Part shown: positions 1 through 11,224 of the stretch, one piece after another
Position numbering within the stretch: position 1 is the stretch's first letter
Layout of the letters: every line of letters starts with the position of its first letter
Assembly: GCF_006345805.1 (NCBI RefSeq)
Contig: NC_043010.1
Coordinates: 33,480,001-33,544,000, forward strand
Reading direction: 5' to 3'
From: Octopus sinensis
Taxonomy: Eukaryota
DNA length: 64,000 nucleotides
Notes under the pieces: generated by a model
Databases searched by the model: none
The model's input: the letters and a program-made list of their open reading frames with translations, nothing else
Told to the model about the DNA's origin: nothing
Made by a program: the position numbers and the translations under genes

Positions 1-49
1 ACCTCCTTTTTTTATTCAGTGCATTTTCTTTTCATTTTGTCATTAAGAA

Positions 50-310
50 GATCGCTTTACAACCATGAGGTTAGGGGTTCAGTCTCATTGCGCGGCAGCT
101 TGAGCTAATATCTTCTACTCTAGCCCCAGTCCGACCAAAGCCTTGCTTTGGATTTGGTAAATGGTAATTTAAACCCCGCTGTGTGTGTATGTGTGTGTGT
201 CCCATCTCTTGACAACCAGTGTTGGTTTGTTTACGTTCCGGTTAATTAGCGGTTCGGCAAAAGAGACCGATAGAATATCAGGCGTACTGGAGTCAATTTA
301 TTCGACTAAA
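50..310 (+). mobile_element. SINE family A (tRNA-like head, GGGCAAGTGTCTT core, internal TA/TG microsatellite), partial copy
   Basis: Matches the motifs GGTTCAGTC, CCGACCAAAGCC, CTTGACAACC, CGGTTCGGCAAAAGAGACCGATAG shared with ~30 other copies in the window. Confidence 0.8.
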
Positions 311-311
311 C

Positions 312-460
312 CAGTGGTTCTTAAATTTCTTTCTTTTTTTTTTTATGCCTCTGGACACCTTTGATTCCCATTTTACTCAGAGGGGGTGATCCCCACCTCC
401 ACCAGCCATTCGATGTCCAAAAACTTATATTTTTGTGATTAAATATCATTAGGACCTTTA
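312..460. mobile_element. hAT-like MITE fragment
   Basis: Begins CCAGTGGTTCTTAA; similar to elements at ~15805 and ~38200. Confidence 0.45.
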
Positions 461-820
461 TTTGTTTGCCATTTGACTGTGCTGGAGCACCGCCTTTTAG
501 TCGAACAAATCAATCCCAGGACGTATTCTTTGTAAGCCTGTTACTTATTCTATCGGTCTCTTTTGCTGAACCGGTAAGTTACAGGGACATAAACACACCA
601 ACATCGGTTGTCAAGCGATCGTAAGGGAGACAAAGACAAATGTGTGAGTGTGTGTATACGACGGGCTTCTTTCAGTTTCCTTCTTCCAAATTCACTCACA
701 AGGCTTTAATCAGCCCGAGGCTATAGTAGAAGACACTTGCCTAAGGTGCCACACAGTGGGACTGAACCCGGCACCATGTGGTTGGGAAGCAAGCTTACCA
801 CACAGTCACGCCTGCGCCTT
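460..820 (-). mobile_element. SINE family A, near full length
   Basis: Reverse complement of head (GGCGCAGGCGTGACTGTGTGGTAAG) through tail. Confidence 0.85.
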
Positions 821-1209
821 CGATTTGTATAAAAGTTATAATATTTTGTGTTGCAAATAAATTTTATATAACAAAATCTTGTATGGACTCCAGTCGAGAA
901 CCCCTTGACAAAGCACTTCAAGGCTGTGCCTCGTCATGGCCGTAGCCTAGTGATTGAAGCCTGGAAAAGATACAGTGCGCTGAAATTTTTTTTTCTATTT
1001 AATCTGAAGTGCAGAACGTTAAAAGAAATTTAGGAGCTATCTAATGCGTTCTAAGCATTATTCCTTAGGAGATTATGTATGGTTTAATAATAATAATAAT
1101 AATAATTTGTTCGTTTATTGGCCACAAGGGCTAACAAAAATCAATTAAAACATAAATATAATAATAATAATAATAAGAAGAAGAAGCGAAAACATCACAA
1201 TCTAAGGAG

Positions 1210-1425
1210 TTTTAAAACACCTTGAGGAATTTTTAGTCGATCGAATCGACCCCAGTACTTGTTTTTATTTATTTATTTTTTAGCCTGGTACTTATTCTAT
1301 CGGACTGTTTTGCCGAACCGCTAAGTTACGGGGACGTAAACACATGAACACCGGTTATCAAGTGGTGATGGAGAGACAAACACACACACATACGGTGGGC
1401 TTCTTTCAGTTTCCTTCTCCCAAAT
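1210..1425 (-). mobile_element. SINE family A, partial
   Basis: TACTTATTCTATCGG...GCCGAACCGCTAAGTTACGGGGACGTAAACAC. Confidence 0.8.
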
Positions 1426-1548
1426 GAAGGATGACACTTTCAACAGCTCTTATAAAGTTTTTAAAAGTCTTGTAAAGTCTAATATATTCTTTTGTAGTCT
1501 TATACCATCTTATAAATATTTATTTTGCAATAAAATATTTACTGCAGA

Positions 1549-1674
1549 GAGACTTTTGAACAGACTATAGAAGGGTTACACGAAAAGCAGAGTCTTGAGT
1601 CCTGTCTCAACTGTAACCATAAATTTCATTCCAAAATTGGTCTAATAAACCACTTTAGGACCCAAAAAGTATAA
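1549..1674 (+). pseudogene. C-terminal zinc-finger-like remnant of an RTE-type LINE ORF2 (alternatively a terminal exon)
   Basis: Own translation ...ESCLNCNHKFHSKIGLINHFRTQKV*, resembling the CxxCxxxFxSxIGLxSHxRTH end of RTE ORF2; preceded by CAG at 1545-1547. Confidence 0.5.
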
Positions 1675-2199
1675 AGCTGATAATCTGATCATCTTCAGAC
1701 ATGAAGGACGAACCCAATAATAATAAGATAATTGTAATCTACAGTACTTAAAACAATACTTATCCGAAGAAATTAGGGTTTTTGGCACGCTAAGTAATTT
1801 CCGACTCTATTGTATTGGAATGCCAGCTATACGCAACCATCTCTGTTTATGTATATATTTTACGAGTATATTTTCTTAATTTATATAGCTATTTGCATAC
1901 ACGTGTGTGTGTGTTTATCGATTCATCTATTGCAGATTAACCCGTACTCAAGAGCGTGTTTGTGTGTGAATCCTTGTGAGTGATCTTCATTATGAGTTTG
2001 CGTTCTACTTCAATCCACACTAGTGCAGATTCCATAGGTTTGTAGTAATTACTCCTTATCGTGACTCGTCGCGGTTCGGTTCTCTTTCATTTCGCCCACA
2101 GAACGCTATGACCTGAGCTCAGCATTTGATCCTACATCGATTTGAATACGCGCCTAAATGTTTAACATACACTCATAAATACACACACGGACACGCACA

Positions 2200-2215
2200 T
2201 TTATACATATATATA

Positions 2216-2297
<82 letters not shown>

Positions 2298-2330
2298 TAT
2301 GTATATATATATATGTATATATATATAATG

Positions 2331-2365
<35 letters not shown>

Positions 2366-2590
2366 TATGTATATATATATATATGTATATATAATATATG
2401 TGTATATATATATATATTGTGTATATATATATATATGTGTATATTATATATATGTGTTATATATATGGTGTATATATATATATGTGGTATATATATATAT
2501 GTGTGTATTATATATGTGTGTGTGGATATATTATGTGTGTTAGGTATATATATATATGTGTGTGTATATATATATGTGTGTGTATATATA
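2200..2590. repeat. Compound (TA)n/(TG)n microsatellite
   Basis: Directly visible. Confidence 0.97.
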
Positions 2591-2790
2591 TCATCATCAT
2601 TCATCGTTTAACGTCCGTTTTCCATGCTAGCATGGGTTGGATGGTTCAACTGGGGTCTGGGAAGCCAGAGGCTGCGCCAGGCCCTGTCTGATCTGGCAGT
2701 GTTTCTACAGCTGGATGCCCTTCCTAACGCCAACCACTCTGAGAGTGTAGTGGGTGCTTTTATTGTGCCACTTGCACAGGTGCCAGACGA
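2590..2790 (-). mobile_element. RTE LINE 3' UTR/tail fragment
   Basis: Reverse complement of the 3' end of the LINE at 36400-36580 (GGAAGGGCATCCAGCTGTAGAAA...CCCATGCTAGCATGG...AAACGATGATGA). Confidence 0.85.
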
Positions 2791-2819
2791 TATGAAATAA
2801 TAAATAATCATTACATGTG

Positions 2820-2970
2820 GACAGAGACGAGGTGTGGCTTAGTAGCTAAGGTATTGGCTCATTATCATAAGGTGTGAGTTCAATTCCCAGTGACACACTG
2901 TGTCCTTGAGCAAGACACTTTATTTCACATTGCTCCAGTTCGCTCAACTGGCAAAAAATGAGTTGCAATT
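2820..2970 (+). mobile_element. SINE family C (tRNA head plus GTCCTTGAGCAAGACACTT core), partial
   Basis: tRNA A/B-box-like head TGGCTTAGTAG...GAGTTCAATTCCC followed by core motif. Confidence 0.75.
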
Positions 2971-3124
2971 TAAAATAAATTTAGTAGTTTGTGTTCTACA
3001 TGGTTTTTGACAAAGCAACTTGTTTATGAAACTCAAAAGTTGGCACCATTTAGGTGGGAGTCAGATGCAAATAGTTGATAATAAAGATTTGTGTTGCAAA
3101 CTTAAAGCAATAGCTCAAAGTTAT

Positions 3125-4277
3125 ATGTGTATATATATATATATATATGTGTATATATATATATGTGTATATATATATGTGTGTATATATATATATGTGT
3201 GTATATATATATATGTGTGTGTATATATATGTGTGTATATATATATATGTGTATATATATATATATGTGTATATATATATATATGTGTATATATATATGT
3301 ATGTGTATATATATATGTATGTGTATATATATATATGTATGTATGTATATGTATATGTATGTATGTATATGTATATGTATGTATGTATATGTATATGTAT
3401 ATGTATGTATGTATATGTATATGTATATATATATGTATATGTAATATATATATATATATGTATATGTATATGTATATATATATATGTATATGTATATGTG
3501 TATATATATATATATGTATATGTATATGTGTATATATATATATATATGTATATATATATGTGTATATATATATATATATGTATATATATATGTGTATATA
3601 TATATATATGTATATATATATGTGTATATATATATATATGTATATATATATGTGTATATATATATATGTATATATATATATGTGTATATATATATATATG
3701 TATTATATATATATGTGTATATATATATTATGTATATATATATGTGTATATATATATATATGTATATATATAGTGTGAATATATATATATGTTGTGATAT
3801 ATGTATACACATATATATATGTATATATATATATGTGTTATATATATATATGTATATATATATGTATCTATATATATATATATATGTATAATATATGTGT
3901 ATATTATATATATGTATATATAGGTGTATATATATATATATATGTATATATATATGTGTATATATATAATGTGTATATATATATGTGTATATATATATTG
4001 GTTATATATATATGTGTATATATATATAGTATAATATATATGTAATATATATATATATGTATATATATAATGTTTCTATAGTATAGTATATTATATGTAT
4101 ATATATATATATGTGTATATATATATATGTATATGGTATATATATATATAATATATAATATATATATATATATGTGTATAATATATATATGTATATATAT
4201 ATATATGTATATATATGTATATGTATATATATATATGTATATGTATGTATATGTATATATATATATGTATATATATG

Positions 4278-4354
<77 letters not shown>

Positions 4355-4440
4355 GTATATAATATATATATGTATATATATATATATATGTATATTTTAT
4401 TCTATATGTATAGATATACACTTATATATATATATATATA
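3125..4440. repeat. ~1.3 kb compound TA/TG microsatellite
   Basis: Directly visible; source of all ORFs in 3020-4550. Confidence 0.98.
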
Positions 4441-4589
4441 TTCAATTCAGGGGACGACAAGTTCAAAGGAAGCTATGTTCGACCACTTATAATGGAAAAA
4501 CTCAAAAGATAATTTTGAGAGTGAATAAAAATCTATTCCACAATCGTTAGTCCAATAGAATATACTTTCTGATTATACACACACATATA

Positions 4590-4598
4590 ATCTAATAT

Positions 4599-4681
<83 letters not shown>

Positions 4682-4682
4682 A
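4590..4682. repeat. (TA)n-(GA)n microsatellite
   Basis: Directly visible. Confidence 0.95.
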
Positions 4683-4888
4683 TGAGGGAGGGAACTGAAA
4701 ATTTGCTGGCTTTGGGTAACAGGAAATTATAGGAGAATCAGTTGATTGATTTTATTCAACGTATTCCCCTCTCAGATTCACACCCTCATTGCAGAGGTTC
4801 TTCGGTTTTTCTAAGCCCTGTGAATGAACTCGGAAATAAGGTCTTCCTCGATGTCCTTAAAGCCAGGAACTTTCAGTCACCCTCTCGT
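4683..4888 (-). mobile_element. Internally deleted mariner element (MITE-like) with TIRs
   Basis: Inverted ends GAGGGAACTGAAAATTTGCTGGCTTT / AAAGCCAGGAACTTTCAGTCACCCTC; minus strand encodes VNLRGEYVE*, typical mariner transposase C-terminus (G-E/D-Y-V-E-stop). Confidence 0.7.
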
Positions 4889-5039
4889 TTGTGTATGTGT
4901 AGATAGATAGATACACAGAGGTGCGTGTGTGTTTCAATTTACGTACATGGTGGTGCTCCAGCATGACCACAGCAGCATGGCTGAAACGAGTAAAAGAGTA
5001 AAATATCATGAAGTTACACTACCCACGAACATGTCACCT

Positions 5040-5340
5040 CTCTGCGCTCACACTTGCTCATGTATGTATACTTCTTCCACCCACCTAATTCTCCCCCGCC
5101 CCGTCCCCCACTCCAGTCCAGTTTTGTTCAAAACTGGAGTTGTTGACAGTTTCAACGTTACCAACATACTTGGTAGTGGAAGGTGAAATGGCGACGCTCC
5201 TCTCTTTCTTTCTCTCCCTCCGCTATTTTCCCTCCTTCCACATTCAGACATACGGGTACAAACAGCCAAACATTTCACAACTCTAGTTCTCTCTCTCATG
5301 GAATACCCGCTCTTTTCTCTTTCTTACATGCTCGTGTGTG
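5040..5340 (-). promoter_or_regulatory. Candidate promoter / non-coding first exon, probably directed leftwards
   Basis: CpG retained, GC box CCCCGCCCC (~5094), YY1-like AAATGGCG (5186-5193), CT/GA tract, minus-strand donor CAA|GTATGT with exon end at 5170. Confidence 0.45.
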
Positions 5341-5569
5341 TGTGTTATGCATTTGTATATGCATATATCTATATCTGTATGAGGATGTATGTTTTATCTA
5401 TGTGTGTACATGTTTAGCTCTTTTGTATTTTCTTTTTAATCTGGTGTCATTCTATAAAGAAGTAGTTGGTTTTTAAATAAGAAACAAAGCTCTGTTATAG
5501 AAATTCAGGCAACAAAACCCATACTAAAATTCAGAAAAATCTTAAATATTTTCACTGTTCCACTCACAG

Positions 5570-5684
5570 AAATATATGTTAGAAAGCCTTTATGTCGTTG
5601 CCAGAAAGATGAAGATATTTTCAAGATTTTCATTTTGCCAACCAACAGCATCTCTAAATAATAGCATTGATAACTGGTGTAAAT
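5570..5684 (+). other. Candidate plus-strand exon (conflicts with minus-strand model)
   Basis: CACTCACAG| ... AAAT|GTAAGT; one open frame KYMLESLYVVARKMKIFSRFSFCQPTASLNNSIDNWCK; no homology recognised. Confidence 0.25.
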
Positions 5685-5774
5685 GTAAGTTAATAATTTG
5701 TGTAAACATGGTGTTGCTCTTTTTTTCCCTCATAGATGTAAATATTTATTATACAGACGTAGGGCTGGATTAAC

Positions 5775-5985
5775 TGGTTTGTTATTTGTGTCTGTTTGTC
5801 CCCCACCATCGCTTGACAACTGATGTTGGTGTGTTTATGTCCCCGTAACTTAAGGGTTCAGCAAAAGGGACCGATAGAATAAGTACTAGGCTTACAAAAA
5901 AGTAAGTCCTGGGGTTGATTTGTTCGACTAAAGGTTGTGCTCCAGCATGGCTGCAGTCAAATGACTGAAACAAGTAAAAAGAATA
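5775..5985 (+). mobile_element. SINE family A, 3' half
   Basis: CATCGCTTGACAAC...GCTCCAGCATGGCTGCAGTCAAATGACTGAAACAAGTAAAA. Confidence 0.85.
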
Positions 5986-5989
5986 ATAT

Positions 5990-6022
5990 ATATGTGTGTG
6001 TGTGTATATATTTATACATATA

Positions 6023-6108
<86 letters not shown>

Positions 6109-6110
6109 TA
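5990..6110. repeat. (TA)n microsatellite
   Basis: Directly visible. Confidence 0.95.
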
Positions 6111-6111
6111 T

Positions 6112-6275
6112 TACACTCTCGGAGTGGTTGGCGTTAGGAAGGGCATCCAGCTGTAGAAACTCTGCCAGATCAAAATTGGAGCCTGGTGCAGCCACCTGGT
6201 TCGCCAGCCCTCAGTCAAAATCGTCCAACCCATGCTAGCATGGAAAGCGGACATTAAACGATGATGATAATGATG
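6112..6275 (+). mobile_element. RTE LINE 3' tail fragment
   Basis: ACACTCTCGGAGTGGTTGGCGTTAGG...AAACGATGATGATAATGATG. Confidence 0.85.
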
Positions 6276-6559
6276 GTGATACACGCATATAAACATACAC
6301 ATAATGGTGGTGCTCCAGCATGGCCACAGTCACCGGACTGAAACATGTAAAAGACAGGAAAATAATATTTCAAACGCAATGTAGCTGTGAAAACAGCAGA
6401 AAGATTGGGTGTGTCCCCCCTTGTAAACTTTTTTTTTTCCATTCAAAATATTACCTTCTTGTCTGTATAATACAATACACATTCAACACTTCTAAAAACA
6501 AAATAGAAGTTTGTTTACATATATGTATTTATGTATGCTTGACTAAACAATTTGTAGAT

Positions 6560-6810
6560 CCTTCCCTGAGTCATATAGATTCATAGGGCTAGTTTACTGG
6601 TTTCTGTGGCATATATATATATATATCCAGTCCCTGGATAGGAAGCCAGTCCATTGCTGGATAACTCATTTTTGTCACCTGAGTGGACTGGAGCAACATG
6701 AAATGAAATGTTTTGCTCAAGAACACAATACATCGCCCAGTCCAGGAATTGAAACCGCAATCTCTTACGATCTTGAGTCCAACACCCTAACCACTAAGCC
6801 AGAATCCTTC
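6560..6810 (-). mobile_element. SINE family C
   Basis: GGACTGGAGCAACATGAAATG...GCTCAAGAACACAA...CCCTAACCACTAAGCCA. Confidence 0.75.
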
Positions 6811-6939
6811 ACTTCAACAATTAGTTATATAACCAAATGCTCCACTGATATATATGTTAATTAATGATCTGTAATGGAAACAAAGTAAAATGAAAACAAA
6901 TATTGATACAAATGTGAAGTAATAACCTGTGAACAGACA

Positions 6940-7066
6940 CTAAATTTCTGTGGGTAAGAAGTTAGCTTTGTTTTCAATTTCACTGTGACACCTTGGGTAT
7001 TTTTCTTTGTGTTGTTGAATGGACCTAAGATTCCAAGACTTGTTAGCAAGATTGAATCCACCGAAA
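6940..7066 (-). CDS. Candidate terminal coding exon of an unidentified minus-strand gene
   Basis: Acceptor CTCTCATGCAG|; phase-2 frame FGGFNLANKSWNLRSIQQHKEKYPRCHSEIENKANFLPTEI*; joins in frame to the candidate at 9599-9631; frame chosen post hoc. Confidence 0.3.
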
Positions 7067-7154
7067 CTGCATGAGAGTCAATTTGGTGGGCTGTAAATGT
7101 ATTTCAAGAAACCAGTTTTATCATGCAATGGTTCTGTTGGAGTTATTATATTAA

Positions 7155-7775
7155 CCCTTTTGATACCAACCTGCCTGAAACCACCTCTGGCTCTGTAGTA
7201 CAGATGTCTTGTTTTCAGATGTTCTGAATTAAAATCTTCCACCAAGCCTTAGTCACAGTTTATGTTCCTAACACTAGCTTTATGATAAGTAAGTTATTTT
7301 ACTAAATTCTTTGTTATATTTGAAACTAGCAGTATCGCCTGGCATTGCTCGGGTTTGTTTCGACCCTTTAGAATTGGAATTTTTGAAAAGTAAAAATTTT
7401 GCATTATGTAGCTTGTTATCCTCTTTAAGTGAACATTTTTCTGGTTGAAATACACCAAAAAATGGCGACACAGCAGTAAAAAAAATCATAAAAAATAGGG
7501 ATTTTCATAGAAAAAAGCAATTTTTGATGTAAATAATTTTTGGTGTTAACATGGTCCGATTTGAATTTTTTCTTCTACGGAAGGAAGAGCAAGCCTTCTT
7601 CTATCATACTCTCAATTTTGGTCAACTTGTGCCGCAGGGTCTCGGAGGAGATAGTGTTAGTTGAAGGCTAGTTGAAGGCTACCAAACCTGCTTTATACAG
7701 ACAACTTCAGCTTTATATATAGAGAGATTAATTGAAAGAAACACAGACCATCTCAACAGTATAGTAACAAAAGGG
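7155..7775. mobile_element. TTAA-specific piggyBac-like MITE interrupted by a Helitron-type element
   Basis: TTAA|CCCTTTTG...CAAAAGGG|TTAA; uninterrupted ~220 bp copies at 16821-17041 and 34414-34635. Confidence 0.8.
7326..7727 (-). mobile_element. Non-autonomous Helitron-type element
   Basis: Minus strand 5'-TC...CCCGAGCAATGCCAGG subterminal hairpin...CTAG-3', inserted between A and T with no TSD. Confidence 0.8.
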
Positions 7776-8169
7776 TTAAGAAATGTACGTGTGTCTGACA
7801 AATATTCTACTGTTTACATGATAATGCACAGAGCAGTTCAGTTGATTCAACAGCTGGAATACTCAAAACTAACAAAGGATCGCTATTACTCAGCAAGTGT
7901 TTGTTCACATGTTTACCTGAATGCCTGATGAGTTTGAGAGTTTTGTTTTATATTGTGCAGTGTAACTAATTGTATTATGCTCACATCAAATTAAAAACTC
8001 TTAATGAAACAACTGTAGCAATGTTTGCTTTATGACCACATGGTATCAGGATCAGTCCCACAATGCAACACCATGGAGCAAGTGTCATCTTCTGTCGTCC
8101 TGAATTGACCAATATCTTGTGAGTGGAATTGGTAGATAGAACCTGGCAGACTGTTGTTTATATATACAT

Positions 8170-8560
8170 ATGTATTCTTTCATTCTTTTACTTGTTTCAG
8201 TCATTTGACTGTGACCATGCTGGAGCACCACCTTGAGGGACTTATTTTTTAAGCCTAGTGCATATTCTATCATTCTCTATTGCCGAACCATTGAGTTACA
8301 GGGACATAAACACACTAACATTGGTTGTCAAGCAGTGAGTGGGGGCAGGGAGCATGGACACAAAGACGTATATGTGCACTCACACACACATACACATATA
8401 TACATACGCACACATATATACATGCAATGAGCTTCTTTCAGTTTCTGTCTACCAAATCCACTGACAAAGCTTTGGTCAGCCTGAGGCTATAATACAAGAC
8501 ACCTGTTACGTAGTGGGACTGAACCCTGAATCATGTGTTAGGAAGGAAACTTCTTACCAC
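8170..8560 (-). mobile_element. SINE family A, CpG-decayed
   Basis: Full head-to-tail similarity on minus strand. Confidence 0.8.
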
Positions 8561-9039
8561 ACACCCATGTGTATCTGTGTGTATCCTTGTCTTTGAATCG
8601 TGATGTTGTAAATGAGCATCACTGTCATACAAGCAGTGTTGTATGTTTCCAGTCTGCCATGAAATATATGTCTAACAATGGGGGAAATATTCACCTTGCT
8701 TGGAAACAGGTGAGGGTTGATGACAGGATAGGTATGCGGGCATAGCAAGTCTGCCTCAACAAATTCTCTTTGGCCCAAACCAGTATAAATAAGCCTTCAA
8801 TAAGTCACCATCCAACCCATGCTAGCACTGAAGAACATATATTGAATGAATAAATATATGTATTCATGTTTAGTTAGATGGACAGATCAAACCTTGTTCT
8901 TACTCCAACAGTCTCTTTTATGAAACAGCTAAGCTACAAGAATGTAATCAAACCAACACTACTTGTCAAGTGGTTGTGGGGACAAACATAAATACACATA
9001 CTTATGTATGCATATCTACGACAGCTTTCCATACAGTTT

Positions 9040-9275
9040 CTAATTTCTTTATTGCCCACAAAGGGCTAAACAAAGAGGGGACAAACAAGGACAGACAAAG
9101 GGATTAAATCACCTACATCGACCTCAGTGCGTAACTGGTACTTAATTTATCAATCCCGAAAGGATGAAAAGCAAAGTAGACCTCGGCGGAATTTGAACTC
9201 AGAACATAGTGGCAGACGAAATACCACTAAGCATTTCGACCGGCGTGCTAACATTTCTGCCAGCTCACCGCCTTT
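9040..9275 (-). mobile_element. SINE family B (tRNA head, Deu/Nin-domain-like core)
   Basis: Reverse complement of GAGCTGGCAGAA...GAGTTCAAATTCCGCCGAGG...TTTCATCCTTTCGGGATTGATAAATTAAGTACCAG. Confidence 0.8.
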
Positions 9276-9598
9276 TTTTTTTCTTTTTTCTTTTTTTTTT
9301 ATCAGAAAAGATATTTTATCCACAATCTAATTCAGCTTTCCATACAGTTTCTAACTGCCAAAGTCACTCACAAAGCATCAGCCAGTCTATGGCTACAGAA
9401 GAAGACACTTGTCCAAAGTGTCATGTGGTAGGACTGAACCCAAAACTACATGGTTGCAAAGTAAACTTCTTAACCACACAGCTATGCCTGTGCCTATATT
9501 GAGACCAATGATATTTATAAATGTAATTGTAAAGTTGTAAACCACACTACTGTTGTTATATTGGCCATGCATGTATAAACACTATCTCTTAGGCTCAC

Positions 9599-9631
9599 CA
9601 CATATCTATAACTTGAAGTGATTGTAACTTG
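9599..9631 (-). CDS. Candidate 33-nt symmetric (phase 2-2) exon
   Basis: TTTTGTTCCATGTTTCATAG|CAAG...ATGTG|GTGAGC; reads (S)KLQSLQVIDM. Confidence 0.35.
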
Positions 9632-10293
9632 CTATGAAACATGGAACAAAACTAAATAAGGCAGTTGTGGATAGCACATCCATACTATATAGAATTCTTC
9701 ACACATAAAAATGACTATTACTGATGGAACCATTACTCACAACTCAGCACAATCCTATAAAACACACAGTGTGATTAATGATGTATAAATCTTATGAACA
9801 GTGTGACTAATGATATATAAATCTTACGATTAAATTTCAGATACTGGTAAGAATATATAAACATGCATATAAGTTTTTGGTAATAAGGTCTACTGAAACC
9901 AAAAGCAGTTACACATGCCCACAAAATTTATATCTTTATCATGAAGATGTGAAATTCTACAAATATTGATCACGATGAATTTAAAGATTCTATTGTTCCA
10001 GTTGAACTTTAAAGGACTCGTATGAAATAAAAACGTAACTTAATCTTGTTCTCAATAAATACATGCTTAACAGAAAAACTGTTCCCTATATATATATTGT
10101 ATTTTAATGTGTATAAGGAACCCTTTTTTGTCAAAAATTAGGTTAAAATATGGATTGTATTATAATTCCTTACATGGATAGTATTATAATACCTTACAAA
10201 ACCTTTTTTTTCCAAAATTAGGGGGTTCTTTATACATGTTAAATTACGGTATGTCCTGGCACACTATTGCTTACTATGGTAAATGTTCTAGTT

Positions 10294-10771
10294 CAGGATT
10301 TGCCAAAGGGGGTCCGAGGGTTCCTCTAGGGGTTGGCAAGGAATTACAGGGGATCGCTGATATCCAAAGAGTCGAATGGAGGTCAGTGTGCGAAAGGCCC
10401 TCTCACCCGGATGAACTGCTTGAAATACTTGGTCAGCGCCATGCTCATCCTTCACATTGATGTTGTCAATTTCAATATAAGATATTCTAGCAATATGATG
10501 CATTTTTTACGTTTTTTAACTGTGAAAATAATTTCACAAAAATTGAAAGTTTAATACTGTATACTCGTACATGTAGTTTCAAATTTAAAAAGTGTGTCAT
10601 CTTCAATAAAATTTCTTAATTTGCCATACATGTATATTTTAGCTAACATTTTAATTGCTAGAATCAGTACCCAGTATGCATTTAAGATATGGTACAGTAG
10701 AGGAGGGTGGTCGATGTGGAAGGAGAAGTGGTTAAAGGGGGTTGATGGTTGAAAAAGTTTGGTGACCCCTG
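10294..10771 (+). mobile_element. hAT non-autonomous element with 8-bp TSD
   Basis: TIRs CAGGATTTGCCAAA / TTTGGTGACCCCTG; identical flanks TTCTAGTT (10286-10293, 10772-10779); plus frame ends ...QRHAHPSH* like Buster/Charlie transposase C-termini. Confidence 0.8.
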
Positions 10772-10779
10772 TTCTAGTT

Positions 10780-11065
10780 GATCTGATCAGCAGAACAGCC
10801 TACTCATGAAAGTAATGTGCAAGTGGCTGAGAACTTAACAGACATGTGTGCCTTAATTTAATTCTTAGGGAGATTCAGTATAACACAGAATTGACAAAAC
10901 TGGCCCTTTCGAACTACAAGTACTATTCATTTTTGTCAACTGCATGGACTGGAGCAATGTGAAATAAGGTGTCTTATTCATAGACACAATGCACCACCTG
11001 GGATCAAACTCACAACCTTACAATTGTGAGACAAATACTCTAACCACTAAGCCATGTGTCTCCAT
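10780..11065 (-). mobile_element. SINE family C with 3' tail
   Basis: Similar to 42590-42912. Confidence 0.75.
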
Positions 11066-11224
11066 ACATATATAAATACAAACACACACACATACATGCA
11101 CACACTAGGATAATTGTGGAAAATCCATAAATCCACAGGTGAGATATCAAATTTTATAGTTAATTACTTGTAGACAATAGAAAAGGATTAACCGAAGAAA
11201 ATACATGTTCCTCTTTGTGATTTA

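Noticed and set aside
648-860. Recurrent ORFs such as ...QIHSQGF...IVEDTCPRCHAVGLNPEPCGW
   Set aside because: Antisense translation of SINE family A, repeated at many copies; not genes.
2126-4550. Long ORFs up to 252 aa ([12 protein letters not shown]-rich)
   Set aside because: Translation of TA/TG microsatellites, which lack stop codons; the same applies to similar ORFs at 20221-20850, 48300-48614 and 50795-51205.
7832-7900. Plus frame AVQLIQQLEYSKLTKDRYYS
   Set aside because: Looks protein-like but has no convincing donor and no recognised homology.
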